The position numbers and the translations under genes are program-made. This document shows positions 19,672-29,243 of a DNA stretch of 64,000 bases, piece after piece (the first letter of the stretch is position 1; each line of letters starts with the position of its first letter). The notes under the pieces are model-generated. The model had not been told where the DNA came from. It did no database searches and saw nothing but the letters and a program-made list of their open reading frames with translations. This stretch comes from Nannocystis bainbridge (GTDB lineage Bacteria > Myxococcota_A > Polyangia > Nannocystales > Nannocystaceae), in assembly GCF_028368995.1 (NCBI RefSeq), contig NZ_JAQNDL010000001.1, positions 2,496,001 through 2,560,000 on the forward strand, in the 5' to 3' direction.

Positions 19672-20514
19672 ATGACCCGGCGCAGACCACCCACCGACGA
19701 AGGATTCAGACACCCCGGCGATTTCGGACAGGGGCCGCGATTCCCCGGCGGATTCGCGGAATCACGTGCTCCTCTCGCCGATGCCTCGTACCAGGGCTAC
19801 GGCGCGTACGCGACGCTCGACGGCACTCGTGTCGACGAGTCCGAATACGCCGAGCTCGACTATACAGGCTTGGAGCTCGAGGCAGACCTCTCCCCTGACC
19901 ATACCGGCCGCGGCCCGCGCGGCTACCGTCGCAGCGACGAATCGATCCGCGACGACCTCCACGTCATCCTCACGGCGCACGACGAGATCGACGCCAGCGA
20001 CGTCGAGGTCCTCGTCGAGCGCGGCGAGGTGCTGCTGCGCGGCAACGTCCGCCGCCGCGCCACCAAGCGGCTGGTCGAGGACATCGCCTACCAGATCGGG
20101 GGGGTCCGCGACGTCACCAACCTGCTGCGGATCGGCCCGCCTGCGGCCCCACGACCGCAGCCCGAGCAGTTCGCCGACGACGACGTCGAGAGCAAGCTGC
20201 GCAGCACGACCAAGGACGATCACCCGTCGCGCCGCGACGCGTGGATCAGCGAGCACCTGCGCGACCGCGGCACCCTCGAGGAGGAGCTGCAGCGCACCCT
20301 CGACCGTCGTGATTTGCGCAGCCACGCGTACACCGGCCCGCGCGACACCTCGGCCGGCGAGCGCATCACCGCCCCCGAGCGGCCCCTCATCGTCCCCGAG
20401 CCGCGCTGGCCCGCGCCCACGGCCGTCGACGAGGAGGTCGAGCTCGAGAACAAGGACCTCGACGCCGAGGAGCTCAAGCTCGAGGACGTCGACGAGGACG
20501 CCACCGGATCATGA
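19672..20514 (+). CDS. BON domain protein
   Basis: GGAGGAG RBS; HTGRGPRGYRRSDESI...IDASDVEV.V..GEV.L.G.V...GVRDV.N.L. Confidence 0.88.
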   Translation: MTRRRPPTDEGFRHPGDFGQGPRFPGGFAESRAPLADASYQGYGAYATLDGTRVDESEYAELDYTGLELEADLSPDHTGRGPRGYRRSDESIRDDLHVILTAHDEIDASDVEVLVERGEVLLRGNVRRRATKRLVEDIAYQIGGVRDVTNLLRIGPPAAPRPQPEQFADDDVESKLRSTTKDDHPSRRDAWISEHLRDRGTLEEELQRTLDRRDLRSHAYTGPRDTSAGERITAPERPLIVPEPRWPAPTAVDEEVELENKDLDAEELKLEDVDEDATGS

Positions 20515-20516
20515 CC

Positions 20517-20571
20517 TGTCCGAAGGAGCATGCCCGACCGGGCATGTCCCTTCGCACATGTCCCGAGCGCC
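20517..20571. repeat. 14-bp-phased array between convergent genes
   Basis: Units start at 20517, 20531, 20545 and 20559 and fill the whole intergenic gap. Confidence 0.85.
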
Positions 20572-21987
20572 TCACGGTCCGTACTTGCGGACCCATACGT
20601 CGCTGTTGAGGCTCGGCGCCACCGTCACGGTGCCCGTCACCACCACCCCACCGTCGGGCGTCGCCGCCACGTCGGTGGCGCTGTCGTTCCCGCCGTTCAT
20701 GCCGGCGACGACGTCGGTCCAGATCACCGCGCCGTCGCCGTCGTAGCGGCGGATCCACAGGTCGACATCGTCCTCACCGACCGCGGTGCCGCCGGCCGCC
20801 ACGAAGCCGCCGCCCTCGACCGCCGCGATCGCCCTGGCGTCGTCGCTGCCCCCGAACTCGCCGGCGTAGGTGTCCGTCCACAGCACCTGGCCGGTGGCCT
20901 CGTACTTGCGCAGCCAGGCGTCCCCGTAGCCGCCGCCGGTGCCGGCGCGGCCCGCCACGTACACCACGCCGTCGAGGTCGACCGCGACGTCGAGCGCCCA
21001 ATCGTCGCCGCCCGTGCCGCCATCGACAGAGTCGCTCCACCCCGGCGCGCCGTCGGGCCCGAACTGCAGCACGAGGATGTCGAACCCCTGCGTCGCCGTC
21101 GCCTCACGCCCGACCGCGAACACGTTGCCCGCGCCGTCGACCGCCACGCCGCTCAGGAGATCGAGCCCGCCGCCCTCGCCGACGTGGGAATGCGACCACA
21201 GCTCGGCCCCGTCGGCGTCGTACTTGCGCAGCAGCCCGTCGGTGTCCTGACCCTGCTTGATGTTGCCGGCCACCACGAAGTCGCTGCCAGCCATCGCGAT
21301 CGACGCGCCGGCGACCGGCCCCGCGTCGGTGAACTGCCACACGAGCTGCCCGGTCGGCGTGCATTTGCTGAGCCAGAACAGGCCCGGCTGCCCCTGAGCG
21401 ATCGTCTGCCGACCGACCGCGACCATGAAACCGCTGGGCTCGGCCGCCAGCCGGATCGCCGAATCGGCGGCGTTGACTCCGCCGTCGTACTGCTGCGTCC
21501 ACTGGCTGACCCCGCCTGGGTCGAATTTTTGGATGCGCGCGTCGGGCCCGGCGATCATGTCGACCACGCTGGCGGCGATGTAGATCTCGCCGGCCGCGTC
21601 CACCGCGATCCCGCCCGCGAGGTCCTCGCCGTTCTTGGTGCCCTCGATGATCGCGGTCCAGCACACCTGCCCCGGCGCCACCTGTCCCTTGGTACAGGTA
21701 TTCGTGCAGCAGTCGTCGTCGATCTGGTTGCCGTCGTCGCACGCCTCGTCGGAGGTCACGATCCCGTCGCCGCACACCGGCACCGCGGGCTCGGTCGTCC
21801 CGGTGGTGCTGGCGGTCGGATCGACGGTCGGATCGGCGGTGACGGTGACCGGCTCGGCGGTGGTCGGCCCGGCGACGGTGCTCACGGTCGTCGTGTCCGT
21901 GGTCGTGCTCTCGCTGTCGCCCGCGAGCGGTGACGACTGACAGGCCAGCAGCGAGCACGCAGCGATGACGCGAGCTGGAATCGTCAT
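20572..21987 (-). CDS. Lipoprotein with Myxococcus cysteine-rich repeat and SBBP-like beta-propeller
   Basis: LLAC lipobox; CGDGIVTSDEACDDGN; repeated (V/I)AVDxxGxxY/F...D.W.RKY...G..LW blades. Confidence 0.85.
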   Translation of the reverse strand: MTIPARVIAACSLLACQSSPLAGDSESTTTDTTTVSTVAGPTTAEPVTVTADPTVDPTASTTGTTEPAVPVCGDGIVTSDEACDDGNQIDDDCCTNTCTKGQVAPGQVCWTAIIEGTKNGEDLAGGIAVDAAGEIYIAASVVDMIAGPDARIQKFDPGGVSQWTQQYDGGVNAADSAIRLAAEPSGFMVAVGRQTIAQGQPGLFWLSKCTPTGQLVWQFTDAGPVAGASIAMAGSDFVVAGNIKQGQDTDGLLRKYDADGAELWSHSHVGEGGGLDLLSGVAVDGAGNVFAVGREATATQGFDILVLQFGPDGAPGWSDSVDGGTGGDDWALDVAVDLDGVVYVAGRAGTGGGYGDAWLRKYEATGQVLWTDTYAGEFGGSDDARAIAAVEGGGFVAAGGTAVGEDDVDLWIRRYDGDGAVIWTDVVAGMNGGNDSATDVAATPDGGVVVTGTVTVAPSLNSDVWVRKYGP

Positions 21988-22275
21988 GATCGCCGAATCT
22001 AGACCATGGCCCTCGCCGGCGAAAGTCCGCGAGCTCGCGCGCGAGCGCCCGTGGGCCCCCAGACCCCCCGGCGAGCCGATCGCGGCGGCCTCAGCCGCCC
22101 CGCTGCCGCCTGCGCGCCGCGAGCTGGCGGCCCCTCGTTTGGCTTCGCTGCGAGTCCGCCCCCTGCGCGCCCGTTCGGCCGCCTCGTCGCATGGGCCGAT
22201 GCATCGGCAGCAGCGAGCGCTCCGCTCCGGGCGGCGCGCTCGCCGGGCCTGCAGCGCTATACCTCGCCACCTTTC

Positions 22276-24336
22276 ATGGCCGGCGACGTCGTCCACTACA
22301 TTCAGGACCTGAGCGTCATCCTGGCGACGGCGACCGTCACCAGCATGATCTCGCAGCGGCTCAAGCAGCCGCCGGTCCTCGGCTATGTGCTCGCCGGGGT
22401 GCTGATCGGGCCGTACGTGCCGGGCATCGAGGTCGCCCGCGACAGCGGCATGCTGACCCACGATCTTTCCGAGTTCGGGATCATCATGCTGATGTTCAGC
22501 ATCGGCCTCGAGTTCAACCTGCGGAAGATCGCCAGGATCGGCCCCGCCGCCGGGCTCACCGCGCTGTTCGAGGTCGCGCTGATGATGACGCTCGGCTTCG
22601 GCTGCGCGCGCCTGTTCGGCTGGGACCGCTTCCAGGCGCTGTTCGTCGCCGCCTGCATCTCGAGCTCGTCGACCATGATCGCCGCCAAGGCGTTCGAGGA
22701 GCACCACCAGCGCGCCGGCTTCGTCGACCTCGCGTTCGCCATCCTCGTGTTCGACGACATGTTCACGATCCTCGTGTTCGCCCTGCTGACCGCGGTCGCC
22801 GGCGGCAGCGGGGTGTCGGCCGGCGATTTCGCCTGGTCGGTGGGCCAGCTGATCGCCTTCCTCCTGGCCCTGCTGGCGCTCGGCCTGCTCGTGATCCCCC
22901 GCTTCATCCGCCGCGCCGCCGCCCACGAGCGGCCCGAGACGCTGCTGATCGCCAGCGTCGCGGTCTGCTTCATCATGACCTCGCTGGCCGCCGCCGCCGG
23001 CTACTCGGTGGCCCTCGGCGCCTTCATGGCCGGCATGCTGGTGTCGGAGTCGGGTGAGGGGCAGCGGCTCGAGCCGCACGTGCAGCCGCTGCGCAACATC
23101 TTCGGCGCGGTGTTCTTCGTGTCGGTCGGCATGCACTCCGACCCGCTCGAGATCTTCGCCCAGTGGCCGCTGGTGCTGGCGCTGACGGCCGTGGTCATCG
23201 TCGGCAAGGTCGTCGGCGTGTCGACCGGCGCCTTCCTCACCGGCAACGGCCTCTCCAACGCCGTGCGCGCCGGCCTCGGCTGCGCCCAGAACGGCGAGTT
23301 CTCCTTCATCATCGCCGCCTTCGCCATCGCCGCCGGGATCCTCGACGAGAGCATGTTCCCGGTGGTGGTCGGCGTGTCGCTGCTGACGCAGATCACCACG
23401 CCGCTGCTGGTGCGCCGCTCGGAGCGGCTGGCCCACGCGCTCGAGCGGCGGCTGCCGGGGCGGCTGCAGACGTTCGTCGAGTTCTACGAGTCGTGGATCG
23501 AGCAGCTCCGCACGGCGCCGCGCACGGTGACGGTGTGGAGCCGGGTGCGCCGACCGGTGATCCTGCTGGTGGTCGACGCGGCGCTGCTGATGGCCAGCGC
23601 GGCCGGCTCGCACCTGATCCACTGGGACGTGGTGAAGTTCTTCGCCGACCGCTTCCACCTGCCGCCGTCACTGGTCGACGTGGTGTGGCTGACGCTGACG
23701 CTGGTGGTCGGCGGCCTGTTCTTCCTCGGCGTGCTGCGCCACCTGCGGGCCGTCGCGCGCACGCTGGCGCGCATCGTCGTGCCGGCGCACGTCGACGACG
23801 GCCCCGACCTCGGCGCCGCCCCGCGTCGGGCCCTCACCGTCGCCCTCGAGGTCGCGCTCTGCCTGGCGGTCAGCGGCCCGCTGGTGGCCATCGCCCAGCC
23901 GTTCGTGCCGCTCAGCACGATCCTGTTCGTGCTCGGCCTCATCGCCGTGGTGCTGCTCTACGACGGCTGGCGCAGCCTCGCCAACCTGCAAGGCCACGTG
24001 CGCGCCGGCACCGAGCTGATCGTCGCCATGCTGGCCAAGCAGAGCTACGAGGGCAGCAGCGCCGAGCGACCGCTGCCGGGCGTGCGCGACCTCCTGCCCG
24101 GCTTCCCCGACCTCTCGCCGCTGCGCCTCGACCCCGGCGATTTCGCCATCGGTCACACGCTCGCCGAGCTGCAGCTGCGCCAGCGCTCGGGCGCGACGGT
24201 GATGGCGGTCCGCCGCCCGTCGACGCCCGACACCTCACCCGCGCCGTACGCCCCGCTCGCGCTGGGCGACGTGCTCGCGCTCGCCGGCACCCCCGAGGCG
24301 ATCACCCGCGCCCGCCAGATCCTCGAGCACGGGTGA
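22276..24336 (+). CDS. Cation:proton antiporter (CPA2/Kef-like) with C-terminal RCK_C (TrkA-C) domain
   Basis: LKQPPVLGYVLAGVLIGP, LMFSIGLEF, SSSTMI, ALGAFMAG, FFVSVGM, QNGEFSFII; tail GHTLAELQLRQRSGATVMAVRR. Confidence 0.93.
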   Translation: MAGDVVHYIQDLSVILATATVTSMISQRLKQPPVLGYVLAGVLIGPYVPGIEVARDSGMLTHDLSEFGIIMLMFSIGLEFNLRKIARIGPAAGLTALFEVALMMTLGFGCARLFGWDRFQALFVAACISSSSTMIAAKAFEEHHQRAGFVDLAFAILVFDDMFTILVFALLTAVAGGSGVSAGDFAWSVGQLIAFLLALLALGLLVIPRFIRRAAAHERPETLLIASVAVCFIMTSLAAAAGYSVALGAFMAGMLVSESGEGQRLEPHVQPLRNIFGAVFFVSVGMHSDPLEIFAQWPLVLALTAVVIVGKVVGVSTGAFLTGNGLSNAVRAGLGCAQNGEFSFIIAAFAIAAGILDESMFPVVVGVSLLTQITTPLLVRRSERLAHALERRLPGRLQTFVEFYESWIEQLRTAPRTVTVWSRVRRPVILLVVDAALLMASAAGSHLIHWDVVKFFADRFHLPPSLVDVVWLTLTLVVGGLFFLGVLRHLRAVARTLARIVVPAHVDDGPDLGAAPRRALTVALEVALCLAVSGPLVAIAQPFVPLSTILFVLGLIAVVLLYDGWRSLANLQGHVRAGTELIVAMLAKQSYEGSSAERPLPGVRDLLPGFPDLSPLRLDPGDFAIGHTLAELQLRQRSGATVMAVRRPSTPDTSPAPYAPLALGDVLALAGTPEAITRARQILEHG

Positions 24337-24349
24337 CGCCGAGCCGAAA

Positions 24350-24445
24350 TCACTGCGGCAAGATCTCGACGTCGTTGATCGCCTTGATCGCCGCGCCGGC
24401 CGGGTACGCGTACGACACGTACGTGGTGACGAAGTTGACGGTCGC
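24350..24445 (-). pseudogene. Orphan gene 3' tail or small ORF
   Basis: About 31 codons, all or nearly all G/C-ending (ATVNFVTTYVSYAYPAGAAIKAINDVEILPQ*), with no gene body upstream. Confidence 0.4.
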
Positions 24446-24509
24446 CGGCGAGCTGGTACGGCTCGGTGAGCCCGGGTGCACGCGAGCGGCGGACTCGTTA
24501 CTCTCCGCC

Positions 24510-25649
24510 GTGGTGCCCGCGCCTGCCTCCACCCTCGCCCTCGTGCTCGCGCTCGCGCCCGCGGGCTTCGACCTCGAGTGGCTGGCCCCGGAAGGTTGCC
24601 CGGGAGCCGACGCGGTCGTCACGGCCACCGCCCGGCTGCTCGGCCGGCCCGCCGAGGTCGACCCCTCGCGGCGCGTCCGCGCCCGCGCCGTGGTCGTCCG
24701 CGAGCCCCGCGGCTTCCGCCTCGATCTCGAGCTGCAGAGCGGCGCCGGCCTCGATCGCCGCAGCCTCCGCGATCGCCGATGCCAGGTGCTGGCTGACGCG
24801 GCCGCCAAGATCGTCGCCACCGCCGTCGACCCCAGCCTCGCCGCCGGGGTCCCGCCGGTGCTGCCGCCGGAGTCCGATGAGACATGGCGTGAAGGACATG
24901 CCCCATCGAACATGTCCCCGAGTCTCGCCCCTCCGAATCCCCTGTCCGATGGGACATGGCGTGAAGCACCTGCCCCATCGACCATGTCCCCGGGGTCAGC
25001 CCCAGCGCTCGTCGAGGGCCCGCCCACGGCCCCCGTCTCGCCGCTCGCGCCCGCGGGAGACGACCCACTCGCTACGCCGCCCGCGGGCGACGATCCGCTC
25101 GCTACGCCCGCCCCGACGTCGCCCCCGCCCGACCCGCTGCGCGCCTCGCTGCGCCTCGCCGGCGTGTTCGACCAGGGCAGCCTGTCTGGCCCGACCGGCG
25201 GCCTCGCGCTCGCGCTCGGCGTCATGCGCCGGCGCTTCCGCGTCGAGCTCGGGTTCGCCGGCCTGGCCCCGCGCGAGGCCCGACCGGACCCGGCCGAGCC
25301 TGCCGGTGCACGCCTGTCCTTGTGGACAGCCACGCTCCGCGCCTGCGGCGTCGCCGGGCTGCGGCCGCGGCTCGAGCTCGGCGGCTGCGGCGGCCTCGAG
25401 GCCGGGGCCTTGCTCGGCGCCGGCTTCGGGGTCGAGGCCGCGCGTACGCGCGCGCAGCCGTGGCTCGCGGTGGTCGTCGGGCCCGAGCTCGCGGTCCCCG
25501 TCGCGCCGCGACTCGCGGTCACCCTCGGGGTCGACGCGGTGGTCCCGCTGGTGCGCCCGCAGTTCGTCCTGGACGGCGTCGGATCGGCGTTTCGCGCCAA
25601 CCCTGCGGCCTTCCGCGCCGTCCTCGGCCTGCAGCTTAGAATCCCGTGA
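24510..25649 (+). CDS. Hypothetical exported protein with C-terminal beta-strand (outer-membrane-like) region; first gene of the ECF operon
   Basis: GTG start after TACTCT; WLAPEGCP...C..LADAAA.IVA.AVDP N-domain; Pro-rich linker; amphipathic strands; overlaps the next start (GTGA). Confidence 0.7.
   Translation: MVPAPASTLALVLALAPAGFDLEWLAPEGCPGADAVVTATARLLGRPAEVDPSRRVRARAVVVREPRGFRLDLELQSGAGLDRRSLRDRRCQVLADAAAKIVATAVDPSLAAGVPPVLPPESDETWREGHAPSNMSPSLAPPNPLSDGTWREAPAPSTMSPGSAPALVEGPPTAPVSPLAPAGDDPLATPPAGDDPLATPAPTSPPPDPLRASLRLAGVFDQGSLSGPTGGLALALGVMRRRFRVELGFAGLAPREARPDPAEPAGARLSLWTATLRACGVAGLRPRLELGGCGGLEAGALLGAGFGVEAARTRAQPWLAVVVGPELAVPVAPRLAVTLGVDAVVPLVRPQFVLDGVGSAFRANPAAFRAVLGLQLRIP
24871..24998. 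repeat. Two 14-bp-phased arrays duplicated at 72 bp inside a CDS
   Basis: Units at 24871/85/99/913 and 24943/57/71/85; peptides ETWREGHAPSNMSP and GTWREAPAPSTMSP. Confidence 0.8.
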
Positions 25650-26245
25650 CGGACCGCGAGCCCGGCGGCCAATGCCCGCCCGACATGCCTCCGCTCGCCG
25701 CGCGGTCCGGTCCTTCGGGGGTCGGCCCCGAGTTCGCCGTCGTCTTCCGCGAACACCACGACTTCGTGTGGCGGATCCTCCGCTACTTCGGCGTCCCGCC
25801 TGCGACCGTCGACGACAAGGTCCAGGACGTCTTCCTCGTCGTCTACCGCCGCTGGGACGACTTCGACCGCAGCAGCTCCATGCGCAGTTGGCTGTACGGC
25901 ATCGCCCGCCGGGTCGCCGCCGACCTGCGCCGCGGCACCGCGCGGGCCGAACGCAGGCTACGCGCCGTGCCCGAACCCACGCCCGCCGTCACGCCCGACC
26001 AGGCGCTCGCGCAGGCCGAGGCCGCCGCGTTCGTCGAGCGCTTCCTCGCCACCCTCGACGACGACAAGCGCGAGGTCTTCGTCCTCGCCGAGCTCGAGTT
26101 CCTCACCGCGCCCGAGATCGCCGCCGCCACCGACGCCAACCTCAACACCGTCTACTCGCGACTTCGTGCCGCGCGCGCCCTGTTCGATCGCGCCGTGCGA
26201 CGCTTCGCCCCCGAACTGCGGAGGACCCATGGCCAGCCACGATGA
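25646..26245 (+). CDS. ECF RNA polymerase sigma factor
   Basis: Region 2 DDKVQDVFLVVYRR...SWLYGIARR; region 4 REVFVLAELE..TAPEIA...NTVYSRLRAAR. Confidence 0.93.
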   Translation: MTDREPGGQCPPDMPPLAARSGPSGVGPEFAVVFREHHDFVWRILRYFGVPPATVDDKVQDVFLVVYRRWDDFDRSSSMRSWLYGIARRVAADLRRGTARAERRLRAVPEPTPAVTPDQALAQAEAAAFVERFLATLDDDKREVFVLAELEFLTAPEIAAATDANLNTVYSRLRAARALFDRAVRRFAPELRRTHGQPR

Positions 26246-26999
26246 CGACTCGCGCGACCTCCTGCTCGGCTATCGCGAGCGGCACGCCCCGTCGCCGCAG
26301 GCCGCCGCCGACAACTGGCAGCAGCTCCTGCGGCGCATCGACGCCGGCGAGCCCGCGCCCGTCCTCGGCGCTGGCGAGGCACCGATGCCCGCCCCTGCCT
26401 CCGCCGCGCGCACCTGGGCCTTCGGCTTGCTCGCCGCGGCCGCCGCCGCGCTGCTCGTGGCTCGCTTCGTCTGGCCCGAGCGCTTCTCGGCCCGCGGTCG
26501 CGACCTCGGCGCCGCCGCGCCCTACCAGCACGAGCCCGACGCGCGCCCGCAGAGCCTCGCCGTCCCCGCGCCCGCGCCGACCGCCTCCACGCCGCGAGCT
26601 GTCCCCGAAGACAGCCCTTCGCTCGCGCCGCCCACGGCCGCGAGCGTCCAGCGACCTGTCCCTTCCACCATGCCCGAAAAGCCAGCCGCCGAGATCGACC
26701 TCGCGCGCGAGCTCGCCGCCGTCCGCGCCGCCGCCCAGGCCGTGCGCGACGGCGACGGCGCGGCCGCTCTCGGTCACGCCGACGCTTACCTCGCGGCCCA
26801 CCCGCGCGGCTCGCTGGTCCCCGAGGCCCGCCTGCGCCGACTCGAAGCGCTGTGCCTGCTCGGGCGCGAAGACGAGGCCCGCCGCGAAGTCGACGCCTTC
26901 CTCGCCGACTACCCACAATCACCGTTGCGCGAGCGCGCGACCGCGGCCTGCAAATCGTCTCACGGGTCCGACGACCGGCGGCCATCGCCCGGTCAATGA
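26229..26999 (+). CDS. Putative anti-sigma factor (1 TM, Pro-rich linker, C-terminal TPR-like helices)
   Basis: Overlaps the sigma gene; TM WAFGLLAAAAAALLVARFVW; LARELAAV...HPRGSLVPEA...ALCLLGR...YPQSP. Confidence 0.75.
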   Translation: MASHDDDSRDLLLGYRERHAPSPQAAADNWQQLLRRIDAGEPAPVLGAGEAPMPAPASAARTWAFGLLAAAAAALLVARFVWPERFSARGRDLGAAAPYQHEPDARPQSLAVPAPAPTASTPRAVPEDSPSLAPPTAASVQRPVPSTMPEKPAAEIDLARELAAVRAAAQAVRDGDGAAALGHADAYLAAHPRGSLVPEARLRRLEALCLLGREDEARREVDAFLADYPQSPLRERATAACKSSHGSDDRRPSPGQ

Positions 27000-28342
27000 C
27001 ACGCCTACCTCTCAGCCTCTCCTTGCTCCTCCCCCTCGTCGGCGCCTGTGAGCTCAACGGCGTCACGCTCACCGGCGCCGACACCGACGGGGGCACCGTG
27101 TCCACCACGGGCGACGGACCCGGCAACTCGAGCGCGACGACCACCACCGCCCCGACGTCGACCACCGATCCCTCCGCCGGCTCTGACAGCGAGCCCACCA
27201 CCGAGGCCTCGACCGGCGAGGTGCCCTCGGTCAGCGCCGTCGATATCCTGTTCGTCATCGACAACTCCGGGAACATGGCCCGTCACCAGGAGCGCCTGGT
27301 CGAGAGCATCCCCGCCCTGCTGGCCGGGCTCGACGGCCAGGATCTGCGGATCGCCGTCACCACCACCGACACCGGCAACCCGCGCTGCCCCGCCGCGCAG
27401 ACCACCCCCGAGGGCGGCAAGTTCGTCATGCGCAGATGCGTCGACGCGATCGACCAGGGTGACTTCATCTTCGACGAAGAGGACTTCTCGAGCGCGTGCA
27501 CCGATCATTGCACGCTCTCCGCCATCGACTTCACCGTCGCTCCGACGTCCACGGCACTCGACCCCGCTCCGAAGCCGCGTAATTGGATCGAGCGCACCGG
27601 GGGCGACCTCAACGTCGGCACCAGCCTGGCCGACGCGCTCGCCTGCGCGCTGCCGCAGGGCGTGTCCGGCTGCGGCTTCGAGTCGCCGCTGCAAGCGATG
27701 TCGTTCGCACTGACCCTGGCACTCACCAGCGACAGCCAGACCAACTACGGTTTCCTCCGCCCCGAGGCCGACCTGCGCATCATCATCGTCACCGACGAGG
27801 CCGACTGCAGCTATCGGCACGAGTTCAAGGACATCTTCACCACCAACAAGACCTTTTGGGAGAATCCCGATCGCCCCGACGCCACCAGCGCCGTCTGCTT
27901 CAACGCCGGCGTGAAGTGCGACGGTCCCGGACCGACCTACGCGAGCTGCGAGGCGGTCGACTTCGCCGCTGACGGGACGGTGGCCGCCGATCCCGCGCAG
28001 GCCGTGCTGCGCCCGATCTCGGAGTACGTCGAGCTCTTGCAGGACATCCAGGCCACCAAGACCGGCGGCGCGAGCGTGGGGCTGTTCGCCCTCGCCGGTG
28101 TCCCGCATGGCTTCGAGACCGGGACCGTCCCGCTGGTCTACGCCGACGACCCCGACCCCGACCAGCAGGAGCTGTTCGGGATCGCCGCCGGCTGCGTCGC
28201 CGCCGACGACGCGAACATCACCGCCATCCCGCCGACCCGCCTGATCGGCCTCGCCACCTCGATGCTCGGCGCCCCGCAGATCTTCTCGATCTGCGACGAA
28301 GACTTCGACGCCGCCATGACTGCCGCCGGCTCCACGCCTTGA
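26996..28342 (+). CDS. Myxobacterial vWA-like lipoprotein
   Basis: ATGA overlap with the previous gene; LVGAC lipobox; VDILFVIDNSGNM, LRIAVTTTD, GCGFESPL, GFLRPEA.L.IIIVTDE.DCS. Confidence 0.85.
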   Translation: MTRLPLSLSLLLPLVGACELNGVTLTGADTDGGTVSTTGDGPGNSSATTTTAPTSTTDPSAGSDSEPTTEASTGEVPSVSAVDILFVIDNSGNMARHQERLVESIPALLAGLDGQDLRIAVTTTDTGNPRCPAAQTTPEGGKFVMRRCVDAIDQGDFIFDEEDFSSACTDHCTLSAIDFTVAPTSTALDPAPKPRNWIERTGGDLNVGTSLADALACALPQGVSGCGFESPLQAMSFALTLALTSDSQTNYGFLRPEADLRIIIVTDEADCSYRHEFKDIFTTNKTFWENPDRPDATSAVCFNAGVKCDGPGPTYASCEAVDFAADGTVAADPAQAVLRPISEYVELLQDIQATKTGGASVGLFALAGVPHGFETGTVPLVYADDPDPDQQELFGIAAGCVAADDANITAIPPTRLIGLATSMLGAPQIFSICDEDFDAAMTAAGSTP

Positions 28343-28391
28343 GCTCGTCGCGACGCGGAGACGGACGCGAGCGTCGCTCGCGTCCATGACC

Positions 28392-29243
28392 TCAGCGCGG
28401 AGTCTTCAGCTCGAGGCCCGGGTGCCAGATCGGCCGCGTACCGCGGGCCTGCTCCATCGCGTCGAGCAGGTGCAGCGCGCCCAGGCCGGTCGCTACGCAT
28501 GCCTTTTCGGCCATGTCCTTTTGGCCAGCCGAGATGAACACGTCGTCGGCGCGGGTCGCATAGACCGCGCACACCGCCCCGGCCACGAACCCGCGCAGCG
28601 TCGCCAGCGTCAGCAGGCACGCCGTCTCCATCTCGAGGTTCTTGACGCCCTGGCGGGCCAGGCGATCGACGATGTCGGGCTCGCGCGGCGCGAAGCCCTG
28701 GACCGCCCGGCCCTGGCCGGCGTAGAAGCTCGGCGACGTCGCCGTCACGCCGACGTGGTAGCGGTGCCCGATCGCGTCGGCGGCGGCCGCCAGGGCCATC
28801 ACCGCCTGCGGATCTGCGACGGCCGGGTACGAGTCCTCGACGTAGAACCGCGTCGTGTTCTCGAGCCGCAGCGCCGCCTGCGAGATCACCAGATCGCCGA
28901 GCGACATCCCCGGCTGCAGCGCGCCCGTGCTGCCGCAGCGGATCATCACCGGGCGCTCGACGCACTGGCACAGCTCGACGATCGCGATCTCGGTGCTGGC
29001 CGCGCCCATGCCGGTGCCCATCACGCTGACGCGCAGGCCCTGATGCACACCCGTGATCGTCACGAACTCGCGGTTCGAGCGCTCGAGCTCGACCTTCTCG
29101 AAGTTGCCGGCGACCCGGCGCGCGCGCTCGGGGTCGCCGACCAAAATCATGTGGCGGGCCACCTCGCCAGGCGCGAGAGCGATGTGATACTGCCGGCCCT
29201 CGGCGTCGCGGACGTTGGTGGCGGACTCGTAGCCTTGCGTCAT
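28392..29243 (-). CDS. udp: Uridine phosphorylase / nucleoside phosphorylase
   Basis: QYHI, LVGDPERA, NREFVTITG, GTGMG..STEIA..EL, IRCGSTGALQ, SFYAGQGR and NLEME motifs. Confidence 0.88.
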   Translation of the reverse strand: MTQGYESATNVRDAEGRQYHIALAPGEVARHMILVGDPERARRVAGNFEKVELERSNREFVTITGVHQGLRVSVMGTGMGAASTEIAIVELCQCVERPVMIRCGSTGALQPGMSLGDLVISQAALRLENTTRFYVEDSYPAVADPQAVMALAAAADAIGHRYHVGVTATSPSFYAGQGRAVQGFAPREPDIVDRLARQGVKNLEMETACLLTLATLRGFVAGAVCAVYATRADDVFISAGQKDMAEKACVATGLGALHLLDAMEQARGTRPIWHPGLELKTPR

